The translations under genes and the position numbers were made by a program. A stretch of DNA of 64,000 nt, from contig JAHFTJ010000001.1 in assembly GCA_023269435.1 (NCBI GenBank), positions 45,329-109,328 of the forward strand. Reading direction: 5' to 3'. The stretch is from Chlamydiota bacterium (GTDB lineage: Bacteria > Chlamydiota > Chlamydiia > Chlamydiales > 2-12-FULL-49-11). Shown here piece after piece: positions 8,771 through 18,266 of the stretch; position 1 is the stretch's first letter; every line of letters starts with the position of its first letter. Below the pieces are notes generated by a model, which was not told the DNA's origin, ran no database searches, and saw only the letters and a program-made list of their open reading frames with translations.

Positions 8771-9341
8771 ATTGCGGAAATGGACGCTTACGCCAGTAGT
8801 AAGGGCCATAATCGTATGTTAATTGCTCGCCACTACATATAAATTTATTTGAAAAAAATATTACATGACACACATCATCTGCAATAATCCAACGTGATGT
8901 AACATTTGGCTCGTAACTGTGGTTAATAAAACGTGTAAAATTTCCTTTTTTTTCAGCATCTATAACGTATGGTGTATCATTTTGACATACAACATAGCCA
9001 AACACAAAATCATTTAAATTATCTGTTTTTTTATCTCTTTTTCTAACTACACCGGTATACTCACCTACAAAAGTTAGTTGAGGAATATTATCACATGAAA
9101 ATGCTCCGTATCCAACTAACGGATTTACTTTTTTAATTTCAAATGAAATAGTGTGCGCTCGCGTGAAATCATCTTTAAATAGGCTAGACGTCCATTTATT
9201 AAAATTATTATATTTTTTTTGTTTTAATTTACTAATGCACTTACATTTAAGTTTTTCCAAAGATACATCTTTAAAAAATTCAAGATGAGGTAAGTATGAT
9301 ATTCCAAATTTTTTTTCAATTTCTTCTGGCGTCTTACACAT
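8763..9341 (-). CDS. SET-domain protein-lysine methyltransferase (chlamydial NUE/cpnSET-like)
   Basis: 192 aa. SET signatures: GYGAFS, NFTRFINHSYEPNV and GEQLTYDYG. Confidence 0.85.
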   Translation of the reverse strand: MCKTPEEIEKKFGISYLPHLEFFKDVSLEKLKCKCISKLKQKKYNNFNKWTSSLFKDDFTRAHTISFEIKKVNPLVGYGAFSCDNIPQLTFVGEYTGVVRKRDKKTDNLNDFVFGYVVCQNDTPYVIDAEKKGNFTRFINHSYEPNVTSRWIIADDVCHVIFFSNKFICSGEQLTYDYGPYYWRKRPFPQFI

Positions 9342-9353
9342 AGAAAATATTTG

Positions 9354-10775
9354 CTATAAAATTCCAATAATATACCACCAAAGCCCGCCTATTCCTACCC
9401 ATATTATTATATTTACAAGACTAATTATAAATCCAATTCTCCACCAATCTTTAGGCAGAATATATCCAGATCCAAAATAAATTGGAGCTGGACCAGATCC
9501 ATATGGTGTCAATGAACCAAATAGACTGCTAAAAAATCCCAAAGTGAGAGCTGCTAATGTTGGAGGCGTACCAATTGCAATTGATAAGATTAAAAATGGG
9601 GCATACAACGATGTTATATGCGCTATGTTGCTAGCAAAAAAATAATGTAGATAATAATAAAGTATTCCTATTATTGTAAAACCTAATTGCCAGCTCATCC
9701 CCTTCACATGTGTTTCTATATGACCACTAAACCAAGCCATCAATCCAAATTTATTCATAGTAAAGGCGATTGTTATCAATGCAGCAAACCAAATTAAAGT
9801 ATCCCATGCGCCGCTTTCTTTTAAAACATCATCAAACGACAATACATTAGTAAACAATAAAATACACAAACCAAGCAGCGCTGTAATAGTTGCATCTATT
9901 TTAACATATGGAGCTAGTATCCATAACAGTATCATCAAAACAAACGTAAATATCATTATCAATTCTTTAGTAGAAATTTTACCCATTTCTTTCAGTTTGG
10001 ATATAGCAAATTTTTTAGCTTCTGGCGTATGCTTTATCTCTGGCGGATAAATTTTATAAATAATATATGGAATCAGTATAAGAGAGGATAAACCTGGTAC
10101 GATAGCTGCCAAAGCCCATAAGCTCCACGTAATATTTACCGAGCTATTTTTAGCTAAACTCTGCACTATTGGATTGCCTGCCATCGCCGTTAAAAACATT
10201 GCACTAGTAACAGCCGAACATTGAAAAATAGTTTTAATTAAATATGAACCTATTTTTCTTGGATTGTTTTCTGGAGTACTGTCAAACGCTTTTGATAAGG
10301 CGACTATAATTGGATATATTATTCCACCTGATCTTGCTGCCACACTAGGAATCGAACTCGCCAATATAAAATCTGTGAATACAATTCCATATGCAATTCC
10401 TAACGTATTTTTTCCAATAACAATCATTAAATTATATGCAATTCTTAAACCAAGACCTGTCTTTATAAAACCCCTTGCTATAAAAAATGCAAAAACAATC
10501 AACCAAATAGTAGGATTGGAAAATCCTGCAAAAGCCTCTCCAAACGACAATATATCTGTGAGCACCAAAATCATCAAGCTTGATAAAGTAATAACCCCAA
10601 TTGATATCGGTTTTAATATCATTCCAATAAGAACATATAAAAATATAGCAAAAGTTTTCCACGCATCTGATTCAACGCCGCGTGGCGCTGGCATCATCCA
10701 CACAAATATAGCCATAACTACACATGCAGCCAATTTTTTATATTTACTTGGTATACGCATATATAATTTTAACAT
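9354..10775 (-). CDS. DASS-family anion/dicarboxylate transporter (SodiT1/YbhI-like)
   Basis: 473 aa polytopic membrane protein with duplicated hairpin-type motifs (SSIPSVAARSGGIIYPI and SLTPYGSGPAPIYFGSGY) typical of DASS/2-oxoglutarate-malate translocator homologues. Confidence 0.85.
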   Translation of the reverse strand: MLKLYMRIPSKYKKLAACVVMAIFVWMMPAPRGVESDAWKTFAIFLYVLIGMILKPISIGVITLSSLMILVLTDILSFGEAFAGFSNPTIWLIVFAFFIARGFIKTGLGLRIAYNLMIVIGKNTLGIAYGIVFTDFILASSIPSVAARSGGIIYPIIVALSKAFDSTPENNPRKIGSYLIKTIFQCSAVTSAMFLTAMAGNPIVQSLAKNSSVNITWSLWALAAIVPGLSSLILIPYIIYKIYPPEIKHTPEAKKFAISKLKEMGKISTKELIMIFTFVLMILLWILAPYVKIDATITALLGLCILLFTNVLSFDDVLKESGAWDTLIWFAALITIAFTMNKFGLMAWFSGHIETHVKGMSWQLGFTIIGILYYYLHYFFASNIAHITSLYAPFLILSIAIGTPPTLAALTLGFFSSLFGSLTPYGSGPAPIYFGSGYILPKDWWRIGFIISLVNIIIWVGIGGLWWYIIGIL

Positions 10776-10834
10776 AAATCACACATTTAATCTATTCAAA
10801 CAAAGTACACTATATTTATTGTATTTTTACAATG

Positions 10835-12619
10835 CTAAACTTCATCGTACAACTCTATCTCATTTTTTTTAATTTTATAGCTGTCATCACTACTCTCTAC
10901 TGAATCAAAATTAACTACTATTAAATTAACTACAGGTTTTTTGTCTTGTTGTTTATTTTCATCACTCTTTTGCATGCCACCACTTGCAAGGCTATTATTT
11001 GATTCATTTTTTTGCAAGACACGAATGCCAGTTCTTTTAAATGTTGTTTTACTATTCAAATGATCGCTATTATTTTTTTGTTCGCTACTAGAACTATTAC
11101 TAATAAAATTAACATTATTCCAGTGTTCGCCAGCTTGCTTAGTTGTAAGCATATTTTTTCGATATTTTTTTTTCCTTCTATCTATTGGCATTTCATATCC
11201 TTTAATATATGCAATAGTTGTGTAAAGATTATTAGCAGAAACAAACGGTTGAGGTTTATCACGCAGTTGTTCAAATAGCCTATTTCTTTCATTAATCTCT
11301 TTTTTAATCGCTTGAAATGTTACTATTAAAGAATGTACATGTATTAAAATCTTACGTTGTTCATACAATCCTTTTGCTTGACTAATTAATTTTTCTTCTT
11401 TTGTGGCTTGATTTGCTAAAAAATCATTTAATTTTGAAAAGATCATTGAAACACAAAAAATTGCAGCACTGCCTATTTTAGCATTTGCGTTTAATGTTCC
11501 GTCATTTACATTTAAACGTTCGAATAATTTTGAAATTATTGCTGCAGATTCCATTAAACACTGAATGCCAGACCTAATATAGATTTGGTCATTGCGAGAT
11601 CTTTTCCCGGCAGACTTTCTTTCTAATGCTAATACTTTTTTGACAATTTTAAACTTATTTTCAAGTGTGTTATATGAAATTATTAAGGAAGCTATTGTGC
11701 TTTCTAAATCAATGTCTTCTGGATTACACTCTTCCAATACATCACCTAAAGATTTCATGCGTTGCATAATTATACTATATTCTGAAGTTATAGAATCTCC
11801 CAAAAAATTTATATCTATTGTAAAATTTTTCCACCACCATCCACACAATTTAGAATGTTTGTAAAATTTTATACCGTTTTCATTTGAATTATTTATTTGA
11901 AGTTCAATATCTTGATCTTGTAACATTTCATTTTCATCATATCCACATTCTTTAATTGAGTCCATTTTTACGAATTTAACTATGTTTGAAAATCTCGTAG
12001 ACGATATTTTTTGAGACTGTTCCATCATAATTTCTTTGTTATCATCATTATGCATGTATTTATTTTCTAATTTTAATTGTTGATAAGCTTTTAAAGCTTG
12101 TAGAGACGAATTGATATGTTCTATCAATAATCCGTTTCCTGCGATTCTTTCGAATCGTTCCGTTTCTTTAATCTGTTTTACTCTTCTATGCCAAATAATA
12201 TCTCTAATTTTTCCAAAAACAAAACTCCCAACCAAACAACCAAGTCCAATCCAATTATTATTAGCATTTTCAGTTGTATTTTCAGTTGTATTTTTAGTAG
12301 CTTCAATAGTATTTATAACTAATGCAGTTACACCTATTATTGTATCTAATATTGTAGACCCCCACAATAGAATAACTTGTTGTTTACAATATTTATTCGC
12401 ATCTTTATCAATAATATCCAATGCAACTTTATAAAGTTTTTGCATATCATCTAAATTTCTTTCGACCGTCTTTATTGGTATTTGAACATCTGCTCCACTA
12501 GCTAATGCTTTTCCAGCGTCATTAATAGCTATTAATGCTGAATCCAATGACGATTCAAATTGTTTATAAATATTACTGTTACCAGACGGTTTTAAGCTTG
12601 ATTGTATTAACGGAAACAT
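10835..12619 (-). CDS. Large hypothetical membrane/coiled-coil protein, candidate Inc-like protein
   Basis: 594 aa. Paired hydrophobic segments (ILLWGSTILDTIIGVTALVINTI ... WIGLGCLVGSFVFGKI) are separated by a short TENTTENTTEN loop. A second hydrophobic patch is AKIGSAAIFCVSMIF. Long helical regions and a low-complexity Ser/Asn/Lys tail. Confidence 0.5.
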   Translation of the reverse strand: MFPLIQSSLKPSGNSNIYKQFESSLDSALIAINDAGKALASGADVQIPIKTVERNLDDMQKLYKVALDIIDKDANKYCKQQVILLWGSTILDTIIGVTALVINTIEATKNTTENTTENANNNWIGLGCLVGSFVFGKIRDIIWHRRVKQIKETERFERIAGNGLLIEHINSSLQALKAYQQLKLENKYMHNDDNKEIMMEQSQKISSTRFSNIVKFVKMDSIKECGYDENEMLQDQDIELQINNSNENGIKFYKHSKLCGWWWKNFTIDINFLGDSITSEYSIIMQRMKSLGDVLEECNPEDIDLESTIASLIISYNTLENKFKIVKKVLALERKSAGKRSRNDQIYIRSGIQCLMESAAIISKLFERLNVNDGTLNANAKIGSAAIFCVSMIFSKLNDFLANQATKEEKLISQAKGLYEQRKILIHVHSLIVTFQAIKKEINERNRLFEQLRDKPQPFVSANNLYTTIAYIKGYEMPIDRRKKKYRKNMLTTKQAGEHWNNVNFISNSSSSEQKNNSDHLNSKTTFKRTGIRVLQKNESNNSLASGGMQKSDENKQQDKKPVVNLIVVNFDSVESSDDSYKIKKNEIELYDEV

Positions 12620-12708
12620 TTTTTACCCTATATTTAAAAATATAAATTTAAGTGAAACAAAATTTTAAATAAAGATTTTTTTTAGATTTTGTTAAAAAAA
12701 TATTAAAT

Positions 12709-13665
12709 TTATTTTTGTGGATTATATTTCAATAATTTATTTAGGTCGGCTTCTTTAGAAATTATTTGATTGTCTATCATCCATTCGTGAAATGTATCCC
12801 ATGTCTCTCTCTGAAAATTTTGGTTAAGAGAGAAAAGATTAATAGTTTTTTTCCAAGATAACCGCTCCCACTCTATGTCTTTTAATGATTTATAAGAATT
12901 TAAAGCGATGTAATAATCAAAAGACAAGTCTGGGTTTTCTTTGGAAAAATATATACATTCATTTATAGCTCGTTGAAAATTTTTTACAAATGTTTTATCA
13001 TTTTTAAGGAAGTCTTTTGTAGAAATAAAAATTAATTCATGGTAATCTGGAACATTAAATATACTATATGGAAGATAACTTATCTTTGCTCCAGTAGAAG
13101 ATAATTGTTCACCTTCTATATTCCAGAATACGCCTGTTAATACATCTACCGTCTTATTTAATAATGACTCAATAAAATTGCAATCAAGATTAGTGCTATT
13201 AGTAAATTTAATGCCACTATTAGTTAGTGCAGACTTAATGTATTTTTCCAATAAACCTTGTGTTGGCCCATAAAATGTTTTCATGTGAAAATCCAATAAA
13301 TCGTAGATTTTACTACTTTCTAAAAATAAAAAACCGTTTAATGGGCATTGAACAAACGTCCCAACAACCTTCAATTTATCAGTGAGCGTAGCGGCTCTTA
13401 TTGTGTGCGGCATGTAATAAATTGCAATATCATTCTCTTTCGACAAAAGACTATTTATTGTATCTGGCATTAACTTACCGTGCGTAATAACAATATTTAT
13501 CCCATATTTTTTAAATATACCCGAATATTTACCTGCAAATATTGGTACATGCAATGGATTGGGCTGCCAATCAAGAAGAAGCTTAACTTTTTTAGGAGAC
13601 TGCTTAGAGCAACACGTTATTAACAACATCAAGCAAAGCAATGCTAAGCAAAAAAATCTCTTCAT
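12709..13665 (-). CDS. Lipoprotein, NMT1/THI5-like (COG0715) substrate-binding protein
   Basis: 318 aa. Lipobox signal peptide (LLITCCSK). LLLDWQPNPLHVPIFAGKYSGIFKKYGINI resembles SsuA/ThiY-type binding proteins. No permease or ATPase gene is adjacent. Confidence 0.65.
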   Translation of the reverse strand: MKRFFCLALLCLMLLITCCSKQSPKKVKLLLDWQPNPLHVPIFAGKYSGIFKKYGINIVITHGKLMPDTINSLLSKENDIAIYYMPHTIRAATLTDKLKVVGTFVQCPLNGFLFLESSKIYDLLDFHMKTFYGPTQGLLEKYIKSALTNSGIKFTNSTNLDCNFIESLLNKTVDVLTGVFWNIEGEQLSSTGAKISYLPYSIFNVPDYHELIFISTKDFLKNDKTFVKNFQRAINECIYFSKENPDLSFDYYIALNSYKSLKDIEWERLSWKKTINLFSLNQNFQRETWDTFHEWMIDNQIISKEADLNKLLKYNPQK

Positions 13666-13770
13666 ATAAAGTTATTTATATACAAATTTATCAAAATAAT
13701 AATTTTATAATACTTTATCATAAAATTACAATGAAAAAATAAACACTTTTAACAAAATCTTTAAAACGTT

Positions 13771-14598
13771 ATGATATTAATCATGAAAAAATACTCGATA
13801 ATTCTTATTGCTTTTTTATTGTTAGTTTTTACTTCGATTATAACTTATAATTATCATCATCAAGAAGATGCAATTTTTCGTGGCATACCACTAACACGTA
13901 ATTATGAATACAAATTAAAAGCTCCATTTAAAGAAATATTCCTCAACACAAGCGATGGATCAGAACTTAATGGATTATATTTTTGTAATGATAGTCATAA
14001 AGGTGTTGTATTATTTCTGCATGGGAGAGGGGGGAATTTATCTAGTTGGGGATCACGTGCAAATATATTTTTAAAAAATGGATACGATATACTTATTATA
14101 GATTATAGAGGATTCGGTAAAAGTTCAAGTGGCTTTAAAGAAGAGTGGTTTTTAGAAGATGCTCAAATAGCATATAAATATTTACAAAGCATCTATGACG
14201 AAAAAAAAATTATTATTTATGGACAGTCTTTAGGTTCATCAACTGCTACGCATCTGGCTTCTAAAAACTCACCAAAAATGCTAATACTTGAATCGCCTTT
14301 TTACAGCATGACCGCTGCAGCGTCGCACACTAAACCATTCTTACCGGAAATTATCGTTTCTTTTATTTTAAAATACAAACTACCCACATTTGAATGGATT
14401 AAAGACGTTAAATCGCCAATCTACATTTTTCACGGATCAAACGACACAACAATTCCATTAGAACAAGCTCAACAATTATATGTTGAAATAAATAACAATA
14501 CACACTCTGAAATAATTGTTTTACAAGGTTTAAACCATAATGATGTGTATAAAAATAAAATTTATCGAGTGAAACTACAAGAAATATTAAATAACTAA
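13771..14598 (+). CDS. Alpha/beta-fold hydrolase with N-terminal membrane anchor
   Basis: 275 aa. HGRGGN oxyanion region, GQSLGS nucleophile elbow, FHGSNDTTIP and LNHND (Asp/His). Confidence 0.75.
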   Translation: MILIMKKYSIILIAFLLLVFTSIITYNYHHQEDAIFRGIPLTRNYEYKLKAPFKEIFLNTSDGSELNGLYFCNDSHKGVVLFLHGRGGNLSSWGSRANIFLKNGYDILIIDYRGFGKSSSGFKEEWFLEDAQIAYKYLQSIYDEKKIIIYGQSLGSSTATHLASKNSPKMLILESPFYSMTAAASHTKPFLPEIIVSFILKYKLPTFEWIKDVKSPIYIFHGSNDTTIPLEQAQQLYVEINNNTHSEIIVLQGLNHNDVYKNKIYRVKLQEILNN

Positions 14599-14599
14599 T

Positions 14600-15646
14600 T
14601 TGAAATATAAAATAGCAGTAGCAATGTCTGGTGGCGTTGACTCATCGGTTGCTGCTTTTCTACTTAAAAATCAAGGGCATGAAGTTATAGGTATCTTCAT
14701 GAAAAATTGGGAAGATACCGATAACAAGGCATGTAGCGCATATGAAGATTATGAAGATGTGTTAAGTGTTGGTTCGCAATTAAACATACCTATTTATTCT
14801 TTTAATTTTTCAACCAATTACTTTGATAGCGTCTTTACAAATTTTATTGATGAATTAAAAAACGGCTACACGCCAAACCCAGACATACTGTGCAATCGTG
14901 AAATTAAATTTAAAGTACTTTTAAAAAACGCACTTGAATTAGGCGTCGACTATTTAGCTACTGGTCATTACGCAAGAATAAGCCACGACTATAATTTACT
15001 AAAGAGCGTTGATGGCAATAAAGATCAAACTTATTTTCTTTATACTCTTAAGCAAGATATTTTACGTAAAATACTTTTTCCAATAGGTGAGTATATCAAA
15101 TCTGATATTAGAAAAATTGCAAAAGATGCAAATTTAATAAATCACAACAAAAAAGACAGTACAGGCATCTGTTTTATTGGAAAACGTAAGTTTCCTGATT
15201 TTATAAAAAAATACATATCACCGCAAAAAGGCTTATTTAAAACACCATGCGGCAAAATAGTTGGAGAACACGATGGAGTTTGGAATTACACTATAGGACA
15301 ACGTAAAGGTATGTGTATAGGTGGCAATGGAGATGCATGGTTCGTTGTATCTAAAGATGTTAAAACATCTGACATAATAGTTGTTCAAGGTGAAAACCAC
15401 CCATTGCTGTTTTCCAACTCTCTAACAGCTTCAGATCTTAGTTGGGTTGAATCTCCTCCAACTCTCCCATTTAATTGTTTAGCTAAAATACGATATCGTC
15501 AAACAGAACAAAACTGCACTATAAAAAAAAGTGAAAATGGAATAGCTCAAGTTATATTCGAAAACCCGCAAAGGGCAATTACATCTAGACAGTCTATCGT
15601 TTTTTATAATGATAATATTTGCATTGGCGGTGGTTTAATTTGTTAA
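14600..15646 (+). CDS. mnmA: tRNA-specific 2-thiouridylase
   Basis: 348 aa. PP-loop AVAMSGGVDSSVAA, CNREIKF and GICFIG motifs. Apparent TTG start 1 nt after the upstream stop. Confidence 0.93.
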   Translation: MKYKIAVAMSGGVDSSVAAFLLKNQGHEVIGIFMKNWEDTDNKACSAYEDYEDVLSVGSQLNIPIYSFNFSTNYFDSVFTNFIDELKNGYTPNPDILCNREIKFKVLLKNALELGVDYLATGHYARISHDYNLLKSVDGNKDQTYFLYTLKQDILRKILFPIGEYIKSDIRKIAKDANLINHNKKDSTGICFIGKRKFPDFIKKYISPQKGLFKTPCGKIVGEHDGVWNYTIGQRKGMCIGGNGDAWFVVSKDVKTSDIIVVQGENHPLLFSNSLTASDLSWVESPPTLPFNCLAKIRYRQTEQNCTIKKSENGIAQVIFENPQRAITSRQSIVFYNDNICIGGGLIC

Positions 15647-15722
15647 TTAAATTTTTATCTACAAAATTGTTAATAATTACTATGTATTGATTATTAAATA
15701 GTGATGCTCCATAATATAAATT

Positions 15723-16301
15723 ATGAAGCTAAAAAAAATTATTAGTTGCTTGTTTGCAGCTATATCAATAGTATGTGTATCGTATTTTTTCATTGAGAAA
15801 TTTACAAAAATAAATTATGAAAAAAACCAACATATAGATGATTTTGTTCATAAAAATTGGATAAAAATTGATAACGACAATTTAAACTATTACATTTACT
15901 TTCCAAAAAAACCATTATACAAGCAATCTATATTAGATATACCTAATAGCACAAAAAAATTAATATGTGATGAGTATTCATATGAAGACGATATTAATTA
16001 TTCAATAAGCAGTATAGATTTACCTAAAAAATGGACAAAATGGGGTCATAGTTTAGTTTTTAAAGTTGCATTAAAACAAATAGCTAGTCGAGGAATTGTC
16101 AATCATAGGAAAAAAACATCTCATCTCCAATATCCATCTATGGAATATGAAATTGTTGATGAACTGCAACATACAATTATAGGTAAGTTAGTTCTTATCG
16201 ATAGCACTATATATAAAATTGAAGTAAACCACAACCAAACACCAACAGAAGATGTTAGATTAGTTTCAAAGCAGTTTTTAGACTGTTTTCATCCAAATTA
16301 A
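15723..16301 (+). CDS. Hypothetical exported/membrane-anchored protein
   Basis: 192 aa with an N-terminal hydrophobic signal/anchor (IISCLFAAISIVCVSYFFI). No motif recognised. Confidence 0.5.
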   Translation: MKLKKIISCLFAAISIVCVSYFFIEKFTKINYEKNQHIDDFVHKNWIKIDNDNLNYYIYFPKKPLYKQSILDIPNSTKKLICDEYSYEDDINYSISSIDLPKKWTKWGHSLVFKVALKQIASRGIVNHRKKTSHLQYPSMEYEIVDELQHTIIGKLVLIDSTIYKIEVNHNQTPTEDVRLVSKQFLDCFHPN

Positions 16302-16469
16302 CAAATGCAACTCTTTTATTTTCAATTAATCGTAAAAATCATTTTAATTAAAATAAAATGCTTGATATTACTTAATTATATATCATTCCCACGTCCCGCC
16401 TTAGAGTTAGCGTTTGCTGGCATCAAGCGTGTTGAGTAAAAAGTAACATATAGATATCATATCCAACTT

Positions 16470-16877
16470 ATGAAACGAATATATAAAGATAGATTTGATA
16501 AGAAAATAGGCGGCGTGTGTGGTGGATTGGCGCAATATTTTCAATTCGATTCATCAATAATTAGATTAATATGCATATTGCTAATTTTTTTCACATGGGG
16601 AATTTTTATAATCATATATTTATTAATGTTGATGATTTTCCCGCTAGGCCCACGTTCTTATGTTGAAGCCAATTATAAAAGATTGTATAGATCTATAAAA
16701 AATCGAAAAATTTCCGGAGTGTGCGGTGGTTTAGCAACTTATTTAACTATAGACCCTAATATTGTAAGAATTGTAGTAGTTTTATTAACTATAGTAACAG
16801 GATTTTTTCCAATTATTATCGTCTATTGCGTAGGTTCAGTAATAATTCCAAATGAAATTAATCTAAAAAAAAGGTAA
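16470..16877 (+). CDS. PspC-domain membrane protein (two PspC modules)
   Basis: 135 aa. Two copies of the PspC signature, each followed by a TM helix: KIGGVCGGLAQYFQFDSSIIRLICILL and KISGVCGGLATYLTIDPNIVRIVVVLL. Confidence 0.8.
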   Translation: MKRIYKDRFDKKIGGVCGGLAQYFQFDSSIIRLICILLIFFTWGIFIIIYLLMLMIFPLGPRSYVEANYKRLYRSIKNRKISGVCGGLATYLTIDPNIVRIVVVLLTIVTGFFPIIIVYCVGSVIIPNEINLKKR

Positions 16878-16947
16878 CTACTCACCTACCCATCATTAAG
16901 AAGGTAGGTGAGTAGTTACCGTGATCAAAAAAAATTTAATTGATCAC
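16873..16947 (+). terminator. Two tandem hairpins after the pspC-like gene
   Basis: A perfect 18-bp stem, GGTAACTACTCACCTACC / GGTAGGTGAGTAGTTACC, spans 16873-16920 with a 12-nt loop, and the stop codon lies in its left arm. It is followed by GTGATCAA...TTGATCAC at 16921-16947. Confidence 0.6.
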
Positions 16948-17065
16948 CGTTAAATTTTTAACAGATTGATACGGAAGCAATTACAAAAATTAATTTAAAA
17001 AGTTATCTTTATATATGTATTTATATATATTTGAAATTACAAGAAGATAATTTATTAGGTTAATA

Positions 17066-17467
17066 ATGAATCAAGCACAAATTAATTTAAAAACTACCAT
17101 AGAAAAATTTATAAAAGAAAGTTTTAAAACAATAACTCATATAAAACAAAGTTCATTGTCTGAATGCGAATTAAAAGATATTGCTCAATCTATTATTGAT
17201 ATGAAAAAATATGTTATAGAGTTATTGGAAACAAACCCAAATGAATCTACATGGTATAACTGTTCAATAATTAAAGGTTTACTAGAAGAGTCTATTCAGG
17301 TTAATAAAGCGATCACAACTTCTTTGGTGAAAGCTGCCACTGAATTTAAAATTCAAGATAAACAATCCAATCTATTGTCAATTTTGCAGACAATTTCACG
17401 TGAAAAAGCTTTGAGTGAGGTTTTTTTTGACGATCTTTTTCAAATATCAGAAGAACTTACAGGGTAA
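17066..17467 (+). CDS. Hypothetical small acidic helical protein
   Basis: 133 aa ORF in an otherwise empty intergenic gap. No motif recognised. Confidence 0.45.
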   Translation: MNQAQINLKTTIEKFIKESFKTITHIKQSSLSECELKDIAQSIIDMKKYVIELLETNPNESTWYNCSIIKGLLEESIQVNKAITTSLVKAATEFKIQDKQSNLLSILQTISREKALSEVFFDDLFQISEELTG

Positions 17468-17588
17468 CCACATTTTTCCTAATAAAATTTGAAGTGCAAG
17501 AGAAGTCTTTAGGAAAACAATAGAAAGTTCATTTGAGTGTAAATCTAATCTACTATATAATTTATCGATATTGAAAGAACAAAGGTGA

Positions 17589-18218
17589 ATGATTTTGCAC
17601 ATAATTATGTTAGGTCCGCCTGGTAGCGGAAAAGGAACTCAAGCTTATAAGCTATCTAAATTGTATAATATTCCACACATATCATCTGGAAATTTACTAA
17701 GAAATAATCCAAATCTACCTGATGACGTAAAAAAGATATTAAATTCTGGTGGATTGCTATCAGATGAGATGATGGTAAGTATAGTTAAAAATAAATTAAA
17801 AGAAGAATGTTGCGCGAATGGATGGATTTTAGACGGTTTTCCACGCACTATTATACAAGGAAAAGAACTAGAAAAAATAATCAACGGCAACTTAATAGTT
17901 ATTTATCTAAAAGTAGACGACGATGAGATCAAAAGACGCATTAGCTTAAGGCAAGTCTGCAAAAATTGCCAAGCAGTCTTTCACGTTATCTCACGGCCAT
18001 CTTTAATTAAAAATAAGTGTGATTTTTGTGACGATGAACTAATACAAAGGGACGATGATTCTACTGAAATTATCGAAAAAAGACTGCACATTTACAAAGA
18101 GAATACAACGCCGCTCATAAATTTTTATGAATCGAGAGGAGAGCTTTTAACAATAGATGCTGCATCAAATGCAAATGCAGAAGATATTTTCAATATAATT
18201 AAATCTTTAATAAACTAA
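17589..18218 (+). CDS. adk: Adenylate kinase (Zn-lid type)
   Basis: P-loop MLGPPGSGKGTQA, a GFPRT motif and a four-Cys lid (CKNC...CDFC). Confidence 0.93.
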   Translation: MILHIIMLGPPGSGKGTQAYKLSKLYNIPHISSGNLLRNNPNLPDDVKKILNSGGLLSDEMMVSIVKNKLKEECCANGWILDGFPRTIIQGKELEKIINGNLIVIYLKVDDDEIKRRISLRQVCKNCQAVFHVISRPSLIKNKCDFCDDELIQRDDDSTEIIEKRLHIYKENTTPLINFYESRGELLTIDAASNANAEDIFNIIKSLIN

Positions 18219-18266
18219 TTTATTATTTAACCTATACTAATTTAGTAATTATGTTATAATTTATGT

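Noticed and set aside
13666-13770. Possible TPP riboswitch upstream of the NMT1/THI5-like lipoprotein
   Set aside because: The leader is almost pure A/T and lacks the conserved CUGAGA / ACCUGA elements on either strand.
16385-16440. Small GC-rich patch (cccacgtcccgccttagagttagcgtttgctggcatcaagcgtgttgag) upstream of the PspC gene, sharing GATGCCAGC with the palindromic element
   Set aside because: Only about 10-13 nt of similarity and a weak 7-bp hairpin. That is too little to call a repeat remnant, sRNA or riboswitch without a genome-wide search. A similar unexplained patch at about 25840-25880 was also left uncalled.
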